A stretch of DNA of 64,000 nucleotides from Octopus vulgaris (GCA_951406725.2 OX597825.1:13020001-13084000); one strand, 5' to 3'; numbered from the stretch's first letter, positions 38,975 to 53,458 are shown. The notes: generated by a model from the sequence alone, not told the origin. Program-made: numbers and translations.

Positions 38975-39240
38975 CAATAAAAGTGTTCCCCAGTTTATGT
39001 TTAGGAAAGAGGATATAAAGTTGCTCATCCGTACGGAGAGGACAGAAAGATTTCCCTTTGTCATAGGGGAATGATCTAGATAAAATTTTCCAATCTAAAG
39101 AAAAGGGTTTGTTAGAGTATTTAAGGTGTAAAATTAGCTTACTAAGTCCTGTAGAATTACCCTTCTGGCAGTATTTAAAGGGAGAAATGTGGTTCGCCAA
39201 CCGAAATTTCAAATCCGTAAAAGATAATCCAATATAAATC
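38975..39240 (-). mobile_element. Penelope-like element GIY-YIG endonuclease fragment
   Basis: IYIGLSFTDLKFRLANHISPFKYCQKGNSTGLSKLILHLKYSNKPFSLDWKILSRSFPYDKGKSFCPLRTDEQLYIL (YIG...R..NH...NST.LS...WKIL...C.L..E). Confidence 0.85.
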
Positions 39241-39622
39241 CATTTATATTGGATTATCTTCTACGGATTTGAAATCACAATGATACCTGAATAGTTACGA
39301 GATTTGATTCATAAATGGGACCTTCCGAGATATAAACAACTGCATGGCATTTTGGGTACACGTTTTACCGTAGCATTCCACTGGTCTAAGGCTTGCAAGT
39401 AAAATTCGTCTTTCTTACAATAATATCACGCTGACTCTGCCTGAAGATCGCGTAAAAAGCACTGCATTGCAGGATAATCAGCCACATATAACTTAACGCG
39501 CAAGTAGAGAAGGTTTCGAAGATCTGAGCACAGCATCCTTGTCAGAGATAGAGACAGAGCTAATGTTTTTTGTATAATCATATCGTTGTTTGTAAATGTA
39601 TGCTGCCTAAGCACACACACAC

Positions 39623-39658
<36 letters not shown>

Positions 39659-40436
39659 GTGTTTATATATGTGTGCATATAGGTTCCATTGCGATACGTT
39701 AATATAAAATAAAATGTTGGGAACCTTCCAAGAGTTGGCAAGACATTCGCATTGTTTGCTACAAATGTGTTATAAAATTGTACGATTGTGGTGCAATCAT
39801 TTTGCAAATAAATACACGAGGAAGAAGAAGGCTCTGGTTGGATGGATGGATGAATGGCAGACGATACAAGTGGGAACAGAATTGATAGGAGGCATTTGAG
39901 AGAAAAAATGACAGGAGATGTGGAAAAGGGAAGGAAATTTGAATGAATTATTATTACAGACGTAGGAAAAGTAAAAGTGTATACAACTGGTTTCAAATGG
40001 GAGAAGCTTGTAACAAGAAAGACAATGAATTATAAATGTAGGAAAAGAGATTCACCGCTGTAATGAAATTGAATAAAATTATAGAAACAAAAAGAAACAC
40101 TGGTAAAGTGTGAAGGATGGGAAAGGATTACTTTTCTTTTTAATTTATTATTCGGAAAATATGTATGAAACAGAAAGAAAACAGTCTGACAGGAAAGAAA
40201 AACTGTAAGAGGAAGAGAGGCAGACAAACGGACTGACAGACAGGCAGGCAGAAAGTAAATATAGACGGATGGATAGATGGAAAGATAATAAAAATGAAAG
40301 ATAGACAGAAAGAGTGAGAGTAAAGAGAAATAAAAACAAGATATATACGGATGCGTACATAAACAGAGAAATAAATAGAGATAGAGGAAGACGTGCGAAT
40401 AGATGGATGGACAGACAGACATAGACAGATAGACAA

Positions 40437-40526
<90 letters not shown>

Positions 40527-40584
40527 GGATAGATGGATGGATAGATAGATAGATAGATAGGTAGATAGATAGATAGGTAGATAA

Positions 40585-40706
<122 letters not shown>

Positions 40707-40744
40707 TGACAGACAGACAGACAGACAGATAGATAGATAGATAT

Positions 40745-40862
<118 letters not shown>

Positions 40863-41602
40863 GGATAGTCATCAACAGACAGCTTAAAATGTCATTCCAA
40901 ATAACAGTTCAGTTCATTTGCCAAACGTCTGTAAGGTTTTTCTCCTCCTCTTTTTTGGCAGCAAAGTCAACAGGCAGACGACGGTACATCCAACTGGAAA
41001 CAGATGTTGTTTAGCCGCCATTGCTTACGCATTCTTATTTATTTATCTCTTGTTGGCAAAATTAATTCCCTTTCCATCCTTCACCTCTTCCCGCTTCTTG
41101 TTGGAAGAATCAGTCGGGGAGCTAAGATTGATATTTCTTCGCTTAGCATGTGTTTGTTTGTGGTTCAAATATTGGTTCTGTTGAATATGTTGTGAAACCA
41201 ATGTTATGGTTTATAAGAGCGGTCCTCGGGGGGTTCGACGAAATTTATGCTGGTGACAAAAGAGAATGCGAATAGTAGTCTCAAAATGAAAACAAAAACT
41301 GATTTGGTTTTGGTAGTCCCAACACATTTGAAATGCTGAAGGTGGTGGAGATAAAATAAAGGGTAAGAGATTGTCTTTTTGGAAAATATGTCACACACGT
41401 TATTCTATAGAATGTATAAGATTTGTATGTATAGAGAAAATCAATGAAAGGAACGGTGGTGATAAGAGCTATAGCTGAGTTTACAGTTCTGAGTTTACAG
41501 TTTTGTGTGTTCTGGTACAGAGATTATTAGGGGCAATTATAAAGAAAAAAAGGGGACAAATACAGTGATTTTTTATTATCGTAATAGCACTACTCACATA
41601 TA

Positions 41603-41805
41603 GGTGGCAAGCTGAATCGTTAGCACGCATGGCAAAATGCTTAGCAGTATTTCGTCCGTCTTTCCGAACCGAGTTCAAATTCCGCAGAGGTCGATTTTAC
41701 TATTCGGAGTCGATAAAATAAGTACCAGTTGAGTACTTGGGTCGATGTAATCGACTTACCCCTCCCCAAAATTACTGGTCTTGAGCCAAAATGTGAAACC
41801 AATAT
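41603..41805 (+). mobile_element. SINE family A (degenerate)
   Basis: GAATCGTTAGCACG...GAGTTCAAATTCCGCAGAGGTCGA...GTCGATAAAATAAGTACCAG. Confidence 0.8.
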
Positions 41806-41860
41806 CTCTACTTAATGAGGTAACTTCATTGAACCGTGGAAGATCCGAGCAAGGTTTCTG

Positions 41861-42019
41861 CACATTATTTACATTATTTACATTTGACGGATATTTGTCC
41901 TCATCTTGTTTGTTGTTACCACAACGTTTCGGCTGATATACTCTCCAAATTTCATCAGGTGTCTTGGGGAAATTTCGAACTTGGGTTCTCACTCCTAAGG
42001 TATTTTCCGATCTTGTTGC

Positions 42020-42091
<72 letters not shown>

Positions 42092-42278
42092 CGTTGTTAT
42101 TATTATTATCATTATTATTATTATTATTATTATTCGGGTCACTGCCTGAAATCGAACTCGGAATCTTAGGGTTTGTAAACTGCGCTCTTAACCACTACGC
42201 CATATGAGGACAAATATCCGTCAAATGTAAATAATGTAAATAATGTACATATTTCCTCATCCTTTAAATATAGAACTG
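41861..42278 (-). mobile_element. tRNA-headed, hammerhead-bearing element with inverted 3'-end copy
   Basis: Minus strand: inverted tail (42205-42278), A-box TGGCGTAGTGG, B-box GAGTTCGATTT, (TAA)n, ACAC-CTGATGA...CAGCC-GAAA-CGTT-GTG (41919-41962), tail. Confidence 0.8.
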
Positions 42279-42959
42279 GAAGATTTGTGTAGTTTGAGTT
42301 ATACCTGGAATCCCAGCAAACTGGTGATGCGGAATGAGATGACTGGCCGTTGACAATTTAATCAGATGACTGGATATTTTGATGACAGCATATTTTAGAA
42401 CTAGAAGCAAACACCCGCACGTGGGTAGAAATAAATGCATACAGATACAAAGGGTGAGAGCGTGAGAAGTGGAGAGAGACATTATAATTTTCTTCTACTC
42501 TGGTGAGAGACATTACACTTTCCTTCTCCTCATAAACATAGAGTCAAATATGCTCCTTCACGTAATGAGGAATGGAAGAGAATGACTACGAAAGAAGCAT
42601 TAAAACGAGTGGAACATTAAAATGTCGGAGACCAAATGCGCTAGCGTCAAATCACAGGCGACGATTAGGCGGAATCAAATCGACTGTGCCAAAACACCTC
42701 AAGACCTGGTGATAATTATACCCCAACAAAAATTAGCCCACTAATTCATTATTAATTGTATAGAGTTCTTTATAGCGGTAGTTTTGGACTGGGGTACTCG
42801 ATTGCTGTTTTGGAGCTATTCTTTGCCTTTCTACTGCAGTCACGACGGACCATCGAAAGAATTAGGCACTGAAGTCCAGCTTATAAATTTGCCCGTCACT
42901 CGACCTGAATAAACGCGGAAAGTGCCTCCGGAATGCTGATTATATCTGCTCAGAATCCA

Positions 42960-43200
42960 GTAGGCGCATAAGGTATGATAAAAAAAATATTCAGACAAAT
43001 ACATAACAAAAACACCAGGACTCTCAAACACATATAACATACAGAAAATTGCACTACTAGGCACTGCACACATCCTACGCAGAACACTTTCAATACAGTA
43101 ACCATCAGAGCATCACAACAAATCACAGCACATACCCAAGGCACACAGAGCTGCGCTCGGTAGTGAAGTGAAAGCACGCTATAAAAATAAAACTACTGAA
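42960..43200 (+). mobile_element. R4/Dong-like 3' end (same lineage as 21995-22322)
   Basis: Near-identical YSDKYITKTPGLSNTYNIQKIALLGTAHILRRTLSIQ* and UTR; ends in (TAA)n. Confidence 0.9.
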
Positions 43201-43202
43201 TG

Positions 43203-43268
<66 letters not shown>

Positions 43269-43678
43269 GACTTTAACCAGTTGAGCATGTCCCTTAGTGG
43301 CTGACGATATGTGCATCTCTGATCACGAGCAGAAGTAGTGGTGGAGCATCATAGCCATGTGTTGAGAGGGATTCTTTGGGGTTTGTTTGAATAATTCACC
43401 TCTGGAAACATGGGTGTTTCGTTCAACATCCTTAAACAACCCTTATTCAGGGACCTTTCGAGTGGGATGGGTTACTCGACCTGAAGAAAATTCTAACTGG
43501 GCCCCACCTGCAAGGTCATATGCTGTTTATTTTGATATGAGATCACTATGTCGTGCACATATGGTTGTGATGCATGTGCCTAGTGTACCCTTATCAGACG
43601 GGTAGTCATGATGGGTATGCTGGGCTTCGTATATTTTACCCCAGTGTCACTTTGATGGCATGCACTGCTCTCTCACTC
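43269..43678 (+). mobile_element. 555-bp element, 5'-truncated copy 3, in (TAA)n
   Basis: Matches about 15135-15539; TAA repeats on both sides. Confidence 0.88.
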
Positions 43679-43682
43679 AATG

Positions 43683-43751
<69 letters not shown>

Positions 43752-43775
43752 GTAGTAGTAGTAGTAGTAGTAGTA

Positions 43776-43862
<87 letters not shown>

Positions 43863-44931
43863 CGTTGGAGGATGATGACATAAATATTTCAGGTGTAATG
43901 GAATGAGAGTTCAGGCTGACTTCGCGGATGAAATGAAATCACTTCGCTCTTATGAGGGTAGAGTTAACGTGATATGGGGTGAAATCTTTTCCACTGAACT
44001 GATTCCCCCCCTCCTTTCATCCTTCCGGTAATCGATAAAAAATAAAGTATCAGTGAGTAGAAAATATCGATTCAATCAAGATAGTGTACACGTTCCCCGT
44101 CCTTCACATAAGATCTCATAAAGGGAGAATTTTGTGGCCTTGTGCCAAAGCTGTAAATCATTATTACTTCATCTTGAATACGTAGAGGAGAAAAGACGAA
44201 AACAAACGCACAAAATAAATAAACACAATTAAGAAAAGGAAATAGAAACGATGAATGAATAAAAGAGAAGGCAGAGAGAGAGAGAGTACTCGAGGCAAAG
44301 GGAGCTTGATACATTGGGAAGTCATACGAGTAGCAGCATCTCTTGTTTTTAGTTGTGTTACCATTATCTGCTTATATATCTGTGTAACTGAAACATCTAG
44401 CATGGTATAATTAGACATTTTCTACCATCTAACAGATGAATTATCTGCAGCTGTACTAATGTCAAATGCGTTCTCGTTTCGGCTGCCAAAATTTTTTCCA
44501 CCATTTTGTTGTTCTTCAGCTTTTCAAGCAAGCATACATACATATATACATACGTATATATACGTCCATAAATGCATACGTACGCACTTATAATATACAT
44601 GCGCTAGTGCATGCGTTCTCACATACATGCACACACTGAGACAGCCAGACAGGCAAACAGACAGGCAAACAGACAGACAGACAGACATACAAGGAGGAAG
44701 ACAAACAGACAGATATTGAAAGTCGTACGTTGGTATATAGAACAAAGCAGGTATCATTCTAGTTGTTTATGTACACATGAATTTCTTATATTTATTATAT
44801 AGAATTCTCCACGATTCATGCTTTGTTTATAAATCTTTCTTTCTCTTTCAATCTTTCCCGATATATATATATGTATATATATATGTGTGTGTGTGTATAT
44901 GTATTTTTGTATATGTCTGTGTATGCATATA

Positions 44932-45141
<210 letters not shown>

Positions 45142-45142
45142 G

Positions 45143-45174
<32 letters not shown>

Positions 45175-45380
45175 TGTATGTATGTATGTATGTATGTGTG
45201 TATGTGTGCGTGAAAGACTTATATAAAGTTGAAGCAGCAAGTCAGTCCGGTATTATCTGCACAGCTCGAAGTAATTGAATAAAATCAAAATAAGCAACAG
45301 GATATCAAGTGATGCAGTACGACCGTTTCAAGCGGTTCCATTTAATTGAACAATGCAACCATTATCTCAATTAAATGCAG

Positions 45381-45425
<45 letters not shown>

Positions 45426-45577
45426 TACATAACAGCAGCTGTTTGAATAATTACCTGTTTTATATGTAAAAAGATTAACTACTTATACAAGTACAAAAAA
45501 GTTCTTCAATGCGGTGCCCCAGCATCACCGAAGTGCAATGAGTGAAGACAGTAAAAAGATAAAAGTGATATACATAT

Positions 45578-45742
45578 AGGCGCAGGAGTGGCTGCGTGGT
45601 AAGTAGCTTGCTTACCAACCACATGGTTTCAAACCCACTGCGTGGCACCTTAGGGCAAGAGTCTTCTACTAGAGCCTCCGGCCGATCAAAACCTTGTTAG
45701 TGGAATTGGTAGACAGAAACAGAAAAAGCCTGTCGTATATGC

Positions 45743-45774
<32 letters not shown>

Positions 45775-45980
45775 CTATGTCCCCCACCACCATCACTTGG
45801 CAACCGATGTTGGTGTATTTATGGCCTCCGTAACTTAGGGGTTCGGAAAAAGTACAGATTGAACAAGTATTAGGTTTACAAAGAATAAGTCCTGGGGTCA
45901 GTTTGATCGCCTAAAGGCGGTGCTCCAGCATGGCCACAGTGAAATGACTGAAACAAATAAGAGAATAAGAGAATAAAAGA
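45578..45980 (+). mobile_element. SINE family B
   Basis: AGGCGCAGGAGTGGCTGCGTGGTAAGTAGCTTGC...GGCGGTGCTCCAGCATGGCCACAGTGAAATGACTGAAAC. Confidence 0.9.
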
Positions 45981-45998
45981 ATATATATGTGTGTGTTT

Positions 45999-46073
<75 letters not shown>

Positions 46074-47129
46074 TGTTTGTGTGTGTATGTGTGAATATGT
46101 GTGTATGTTTGTACGTGTGCGTATTTACCTTTCTCGATTTCTTGTGTTTGTTAGTAGTCATGTGGTATTTATAATAGAAATCTTTAAACATATGTATACA
46201 TCTGTATATTTGTGTAAGAGCAGTCTCTTTTCTTTTCACTGTTATTCACTATAGATTAATATGCATCCATATATTCCTGCAATGTGTAGATGTGTGCGTG
46301 TATATATGTGTGTAATATCTGTACATAAGAGACAGGAAGGTGATACCTTCAACCAGATGGTGAACAGATATACGTTACATCTGTGCGTATTTGTCTATCT
46401 GTTCACATGCGTGTGTTTCTGTGCAAAAATTTACCCGTGTGTTTTCATGAATGTAAGTTTGAGGGGCTGAATGTATATGTTCGTATATGATGAGAGCGTG
46501 TGTGTATATGATCCTCTGTGCGTGTGTGAGTAGCGTTTGTAAATATATGTGCGTGTGTCGTATATATCGGTGTTTATGTAAAGCAGCTTGCAATTGCAAA
46601 GAGACTCGACGCAGCAGGAAAACTGGTACAAGCGCTGTTGATTCGCTGATTACTATTCTTCCCTAGGCTATCACCTCACAACACACCAATACAGTTTAAA
46701 TAATACAGTCACACAGAACAACTTACACAGCTTTCTTCACCTATCTGCAGGCAAAACACGTTTTGTCTTCCCAAGTGTTTCATGCTGTCCAAATTTTCCA
46801 AACTTGTGACATAAACTCTGAAGATATTTTTTTCTTTAATATTTTTTTATGTACTTTTCTAAACTTACTTTAGGTTTCTTTTGTCAGATTCTGTTTAAAC
46901 AAGTAGGTTTAACCCTCGATCAATACTATCCGAGCAAAATTATGATCAAAGTTGGTCTAACTGAGATTATCTGCTTTTTATTTTTAGTTTTCTTGCATTT
47001 GTCTTTAACTCTAAGGACATTCTCTGATGTGGCCTTTCTTGCAAAAGATATCAATGCGTAAAATGAGGAATATTTCACTGCTATTTCTAGTCGATTAGGC
47101 GAACATCTAGGTTTTCTTCCTCTAGTCAT

Positions 47130-47715
47130 TTATCTCTCTCTTCTCTCTCTCTCTCTGTTCTTCTCTGTTTATCTCTTCATTCTGTCTCTCTTATCTCTCT
47201 CTTTCGCACTCTCTCCTCCCTCTATTATCTCCTTTCTCTCTCTCTCTCTCTTCTCGCTCTGTCTGTCCGTCTGTCTCTCTTCCTGTTCATTTCTTCTTTC
47301 TATCTCTCTTCTCTCTCTGTATCTCTCTTTATCTCTTCCTTCTGTCTTCTCTATCCGTTTTCCCCTCTCTCTCTATCTCACATACGCTCTCTGTTTATCA
47401 CCTCTTTCTGTCTTCTCTATCCGTCTTCCTGCCTCTCTCTCTCTATCTCTATCTCACACACCCGCTCTCTTTATCTTCTCCTTCTGTCGTCTTTATCCGT
47501 CTTCCTCTCTCTATCTCTCTCTATCTCACACACTCTCTCTTACTGTTTAATCTTCTCTTCTGTCTCTCTTCTGTCTTTCTCTTTCTGTCTTTCTTCCTAT
47601 CTCCCTTCCTCTTTCACAATTTCCTTTTCCCCTCTCTTTCTCACTTTCTCTCTTTCCTTCCCCCACTCTCTCACTCTCTCAATCTCCTTCCTCACCATTA
47701 TTTATCTATCTATCA
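47130..47715. repeat. CT-rich low-complexity tract
   Basis: Directly visible polypyrimidine mosaic. Confidence 0.85.
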
Positions 47716-48638
47716 TTGACTCCGACCGAGAATAATTATATATAAATAACCTTGACGCTCTCTTGTGAAAACTTCGTTACCTTTAACGTTTTAAAGAAGT
47801 GGTCGATGGCAAAATCGATAGAGCACTGAAAAAGAATAATTGTATCACTTTAAATTACTAGGTCTAATCTTACAGAATACCAATTTTCATTTCATTCTCC
47901 CATGGCCTATACTATACGTGTATTGGAGTCGTTTAAATAGTGTGCAAGTAAGGCTTCGTGGTAAAGAACTCTACTTTGCAAATTCGTAATTTCCATTTCA
48001 GACCCAACGTGCAGAATATTTCTTCTGCTGTAACGCGAATGGGACCAAAATAAACAGAGCGAAATTTGGTAAACGGACGGTTCCTGCTTTCTAGTAGTAG
48101 AATTAAACTATCGTTCGGTTTAACACCTCCACCTAACAAATGGATGACTTCAATGGCGTCCACTCTGATTCAAACATTTCTGGTCTGAACATGAATTTCT
48201 ACTTCCTGCTTCCGGTCTCGAAAACCCGGAAGTGAGTAATGAAAACTGCAGAATTTTTCTTTGATCAAATCATAAAAAGGGGGACTACTCGGTTACAACT
48301 ATTCTCCTGGTAAAACATATGGCTTTTGTCAGTGTTGGAGATTATAGGGCTTGAAATAACAATGGGGTTCGCTTTAGTGTTTATGAATAAAGAGAATACC
48401 AGTTTGTGTATTGGGATATCAGATCAGAAACTTAAGGTCCTATTTATTTACCCTGTGATCGTCAATGGAGTGGCTTTAATCATATGTCCTTGGAGATAAA
48501 GTAAGAGTTGTGTAAAGAAGTTGATAATCAATTAAGAAATAACGAAACAGCTGTAGTCATTATTATCATTATCTTCATCGCTATCTATTATCTCCAATCT
48601 TCATCGTCAATCATCATAATTTTCCTCGTCGTCGTTGC

Positions 48639-48699
<61 letters not shown>

Positions 48700-50838
48700 G
48701 TCATCATCATCATCATCATTATCATCATCATCGTCATCATCATCGCCATCATTATCATCGCTATCATCATCATCATCCTCATCATCATCATGGTCATCAT
48801 TGTCGTCGTCGTCATCGTCGTCATCACCAATAACAATTCTAACAACAACAGATGTTATTTATCATCATCATCATCAGTAGCTGCAATATGAATAACAACA
48901 AGGGAAGCAGTATGTTGTCGCGCGACTGAACAGCATTACCAGAGACATTCTATGAAGTCTCAGCAAACATTCATAATAAAGGGAACACGTTAGACAATAT
49001 AATTGGCATTTTAGAATATAATTATCATAAAACGGGATAGTCATGACTGGAACTCCGTATATCTTAGATCTGTATGATCAGGGCTGACATGGTCAAAGGA
49101 AGCCCAATAGCAACAGCAACGACAACAACAGCAACGACAACAACAGCAACATGCTACTTATATCGCTCAGGAAAGTTGAGTAGCGTATACCTCATGATAT
49201 AAAGGCATGATGGCCATGGATGGAATAACTTTTTATCGCAAGGCTACTGGTATATAGCTCACCTTGGACCCAGAATAACAGCAGCAACAGCATTTACAAA
49301 TATTTACGACTAAAAAATTTAAAATCCAGCGTTGATGATTTTTTTCAGTTATAAAATTATTCCCACGTTCCTCTGCGACTTAACACAGAACGCGCGCACA
49401 GGAGATCATTATAATAGTTCATCTTGGAATTGAGATTGTGAAAATTTCGATACGTGAGATTGTTGGCTTTAGGAAGTTATTTCTCCAAAAGTCGCATAAA
49501 TAACTAAGGAAATATGATGATCATTAATATAAAAATTAAACTGGAACATATGACATATATCAGCTAAACAGTGATTACAACCCTTATAAAATAAACGGAG
49601 ACCTGATGTTATCATTATTGTTCCTGCACTAGTTACTGCTGTTTGTTGTTCTTGTTTAGCTCCATATAAGCCTTTATAGAACAGAAATAAGATCAAAGTT
49701 ACTCTATATGTAAAAAAAAAAAATCTTGTATTTATGGGGTATGTAGAACTGCGTTAGTTCATTGGTGCTTTCTGCTCATGCAAGTCAGTAAGATAGGTTT
49801 TGTGAGAGCTGTTTGTCACCCACAGAAGATTATTATATCATCTGGATGTTATAGGGTTTTGCTGATTCCTCCTAAGACGCATGAATTTGTACGCCTTTAA
49901 AGCTATTAAAAATTTGTATTTGGTGCTTTTGTATTTGGAATATTCAATAGTTTAACAAATGAAGCTGAATGAATTAGCAAATAAGAAATCTTCAAATTGA
50001 AATGAATTAATTGTGGAACGGCCTAGGATAGCTTGAAGTATTAATCGATAAACTGCTCGGAACAAACAGAAATTTCGATCGTAACTCTGGGCTTATTCCA
50101 GGTAACCCGAAAATAAGATCTACAGGTGAATACAATCGTGAACACCGCCAACATTCTCTGCGAAATTTCCATTTGAAAAAACACATAAATTGCTCGTTCA
50201 TATCAGATTACTTGATAAAGACCCATTTAAATGCATGGACACGTAAATAATATTTATGGTGACGATAATGATAATAATAATAATAACTTTTATTTATATC
50301 TATTGTCATATATGACAGCCGTTTGACAGGTTTTGAAATAGCCACTATTTTGCAATGCGTAACTTAAATACGTTTTATGTGTTTATTATTACACATTACG
50401 TGTTTGCCATTACTATATCAAAATAAGCGAACGTAATTTATAACTAGACGCATTTGTCTGCTGGGGACAAGAAATTTTATATGCTTTTCCTTTATATTGT
50501 GCTTTCATCGCAGAAATTTATTTCAATATAATTATTGTCATAACTGTGGGAGATGTTTCCTTCCCAATTTTATGGCTAATTGCCTCTTTTTAGAAGGAAT
50601 GTAATGTAAAATTATTTAGAACATTAGAAACAATTTATCTCCAGTCATTAGACAGCAGCCATGTTAGGGAAGTCCCTTGGAGTAATTTAGTCGAAGGAAT
50701 CAACTTCAGTATTTATGTATTTTTAAGCCTGGAACTTATTCTATCGATCTCTTTTGCAGTGCCGCTACGTGGAGATCGAAAAGAGACACAGAAACACCCT
50801 CTCATATATGTATGTATGTATATATGTATGTATGTATG

Positions 50839-50870
<32 letters not shown>

Positions 50871-51293
50871 CATATAGTAAAGAAAAATAAGTTGGCTAGC
50901 AGCGAGCTGTTTTTCCTCATACCGAAGGAATTAGAAATGGCAGTCAAAGACCGTTTTTTCCATTTCTATAAGTGGAGATTTCAAAAACGAAGGCCCTTGC
51001 GGCTCACATACACAAAACCGGAGTGGCAAATATACGAATTCAGTCACTTACCGTTAATAGCGAACACGGTGTTTCTGGATCACAAACATATAAAAAATAG
51101 GGGAGTTTGAATTCCTTCTTCAGCGCTATATTCGTTAGCTTTATCAAATGCCACCAGCCCTCATATATATATATACATGCATACATACATACATATATAT
51201 ATATTGATATATATATATATATACATACACATATATATATTTATATTTATATGTATATATGTATATGTATATATGTATGTATATATGTATGTA

Positions 51294-51341
<48 letters not shown>

Positions 51342-51650
51342 TATGTGTGTGTGTGTGTGTATGCGTGTGTAGATAGATATATATGTGTGTGTATATGTAT
51401 ATAGATATTTATTTAGAATAAACAACATTGCGATTATTTGTGTCCTAATGAGTCATGCTAGGGCTTCTTTATAGAATAAAAACCGAGTATGCGATAACAG
51501 TGGCCATACCAGCAAGGGTTAACCTTTGATTTGATTTATCCTTCATGGACCGTTTCTGGAATCGGTTCGATATTTGGAAAAACCAGATGAAAGACAAAGC
51601 GATATTGTTGCGAGTACGATACGACTAAAGCGAGTGTCTTATACGAAGTA

Positions 51651-52340
51651 CAGTATTGCCTCGATATACGAATTGTTCTCCGAGTTGTTCCCCGGGAGCG
51701 CTCGTAAAGCGAAAACTCGTAAAGCAGAGAAATGATTTCCCATAATAGCAATGTTATCAATGGTAATTCGTTCCCAGAATATTTTACCTATAAAATTTAT
51801 AATACTCGTAAACAAATGACAAAAAAACAACTATAGAATGTAAAGAATAGAAATATTATTATTTCTAAGTTTCTCTAAATGAGACTACGGCAGCGGTACT
51901 GGATATTAACAGTTATCGCCAAGTTAATATGGCAGTCCATAAATTTGATCAGCTAATCAACGGCAGCTTTAGTCCTATATTTATGGACTGCCATATTAAT
52001 TTGGCGATAACTGTTAATAATGTAAAGAATATTTTATGTAGAGTAAAAAGAATGTCGAGATCATTTATGATAAAAATAATAATTATCATTATAATCGTTT
52101 TCTGAATCACTTTCACTCGCACTAAACTCACAAACATCATCACTTGGAGATGCGATCGCCGATTCACAACCACTCGTAGACGGACTTACGGATTTCTTTT
52201 TTTTTTTATAAATATCTGGAGTTGTTTGCTGGGAAGCTTTTTTCCGCTCTCTATAAATTTCTCGGTAACATGCAGAAGCATTTGTTGTGGTAGTAGAAAC
52301 TTTTGTATTTCGCTAAAAATTTCTATCTTGCGCTTGAAAA
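51651..52340 (-). mobile_element. pogo/Tigger-like transposon remnant
   Basis: TA-CAGTATTGCCTCGATATACGAA terminus at 51651; minus frame KVSTTTTNASACYREIYRERKKASQQTTPDIY (about 52205-52305) resembles the Tigger transposase C-terminus. Confidence 0.5.
51904..52019. repeat. Inverted repeat with 41-bp arms
   Basis: TATTAACAGTTATCGCCAAGTTAATATGGCAGTCCATAAAT and its reverse complement with 1 mismatch. Confidence 0.9.
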
Positions 52341-53110
52341 AAATTCAGCTCAACATACAAAAGTGAACTGAAGAATAAAACACGTAAACTAGAGGTTTCG
52401 TAAAACGGATCCTTATAAATTGAGGTATTGCTGTACTTAGTATCCTGTTTTCAGAGGCTTGGTTATGGTTAGTGCATCGTATCGTACGGCGAAATCTGTC
52501 CCAAAAGCCGAATAAATAATGTCTTTGGTGATTGGTCATCATCCATTAATGTTTCGCTCTATGCGGTTTTTTCAGAATCGAAATAGGAAGAATCGAAATA
52601 GTAAATGAAGAAATTACCAAAATCATCTCCATTCCAATCAACGTCGCTTTGATCGAATTTGATGCACAGGCATCAAATTCTTATTTTTCACATGTAAGAT
52701 TCCATTTGCTTCGATACGTTTCTGTGTTGTTAATAACATTTATGAATTATCAAAATAACTAAAGAGAAGCTAAATCGCCGCTGACGACCACCTGTGATGC
52801 AGCAGAATCGTTAAGTTTCTTCAACGATTTGCTGTAACCGCATGAAGTGTCACTTATTGCAATCTTAAATCAAGTGACAGATATTTAAGCAGGCGACCCA
52901 CTGAGCGTCGTTAGCAGACAGAACGGAATAAAGTAGACACTTTCTGTAAGGTTTATTTTAGGAGTACGTTTCGTAAGAGGTATGTAATAATAAAATATAC
53001 ACTTACCGAAAGTATAAATTAGAAGCAGACTTTACTTCCGACGCAGAGAAATTTTGAAATATATTAATTATGTCTGAAAAATATTAATTATTTACTTCTT
53101 TATTATTTAT

Positions 53111-53458
53111 AGGTGCTGGAGTGGCTGTGTGGTAAGTAGCTTGCTTACCAATTACATAGTTCCAGGTTCAGTCCCACGCAGTGGAACCTTGGACAAGTGT
53201 CTTTTACTATAGCCTCAGGCCGTCGTATATATGTGTATATATGTATGTGTGTGCGTATGTTTGTGTGTCTATGCTTGTCCCCCTAACATTGCTTGACAAC
53301 CGATGCTGGTGTGTTTACGTCCCCGTAATTTAGTGGTTCAGCAAAAGAGACCGATAGAATAAGTACTAGTCTTCCAAAGAATAAGTCCTGAGGTCGATTC
53401 GCTCGACTAAAGGCGGAGCTCCAGCATGGCCACAGTCAAATGACTAAAACAAGAAAAA
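53111..53458 (+). mobile_element. SINE family B
   Basis: Same head and tail as 45578 and 31191. Confidence 0.9.
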
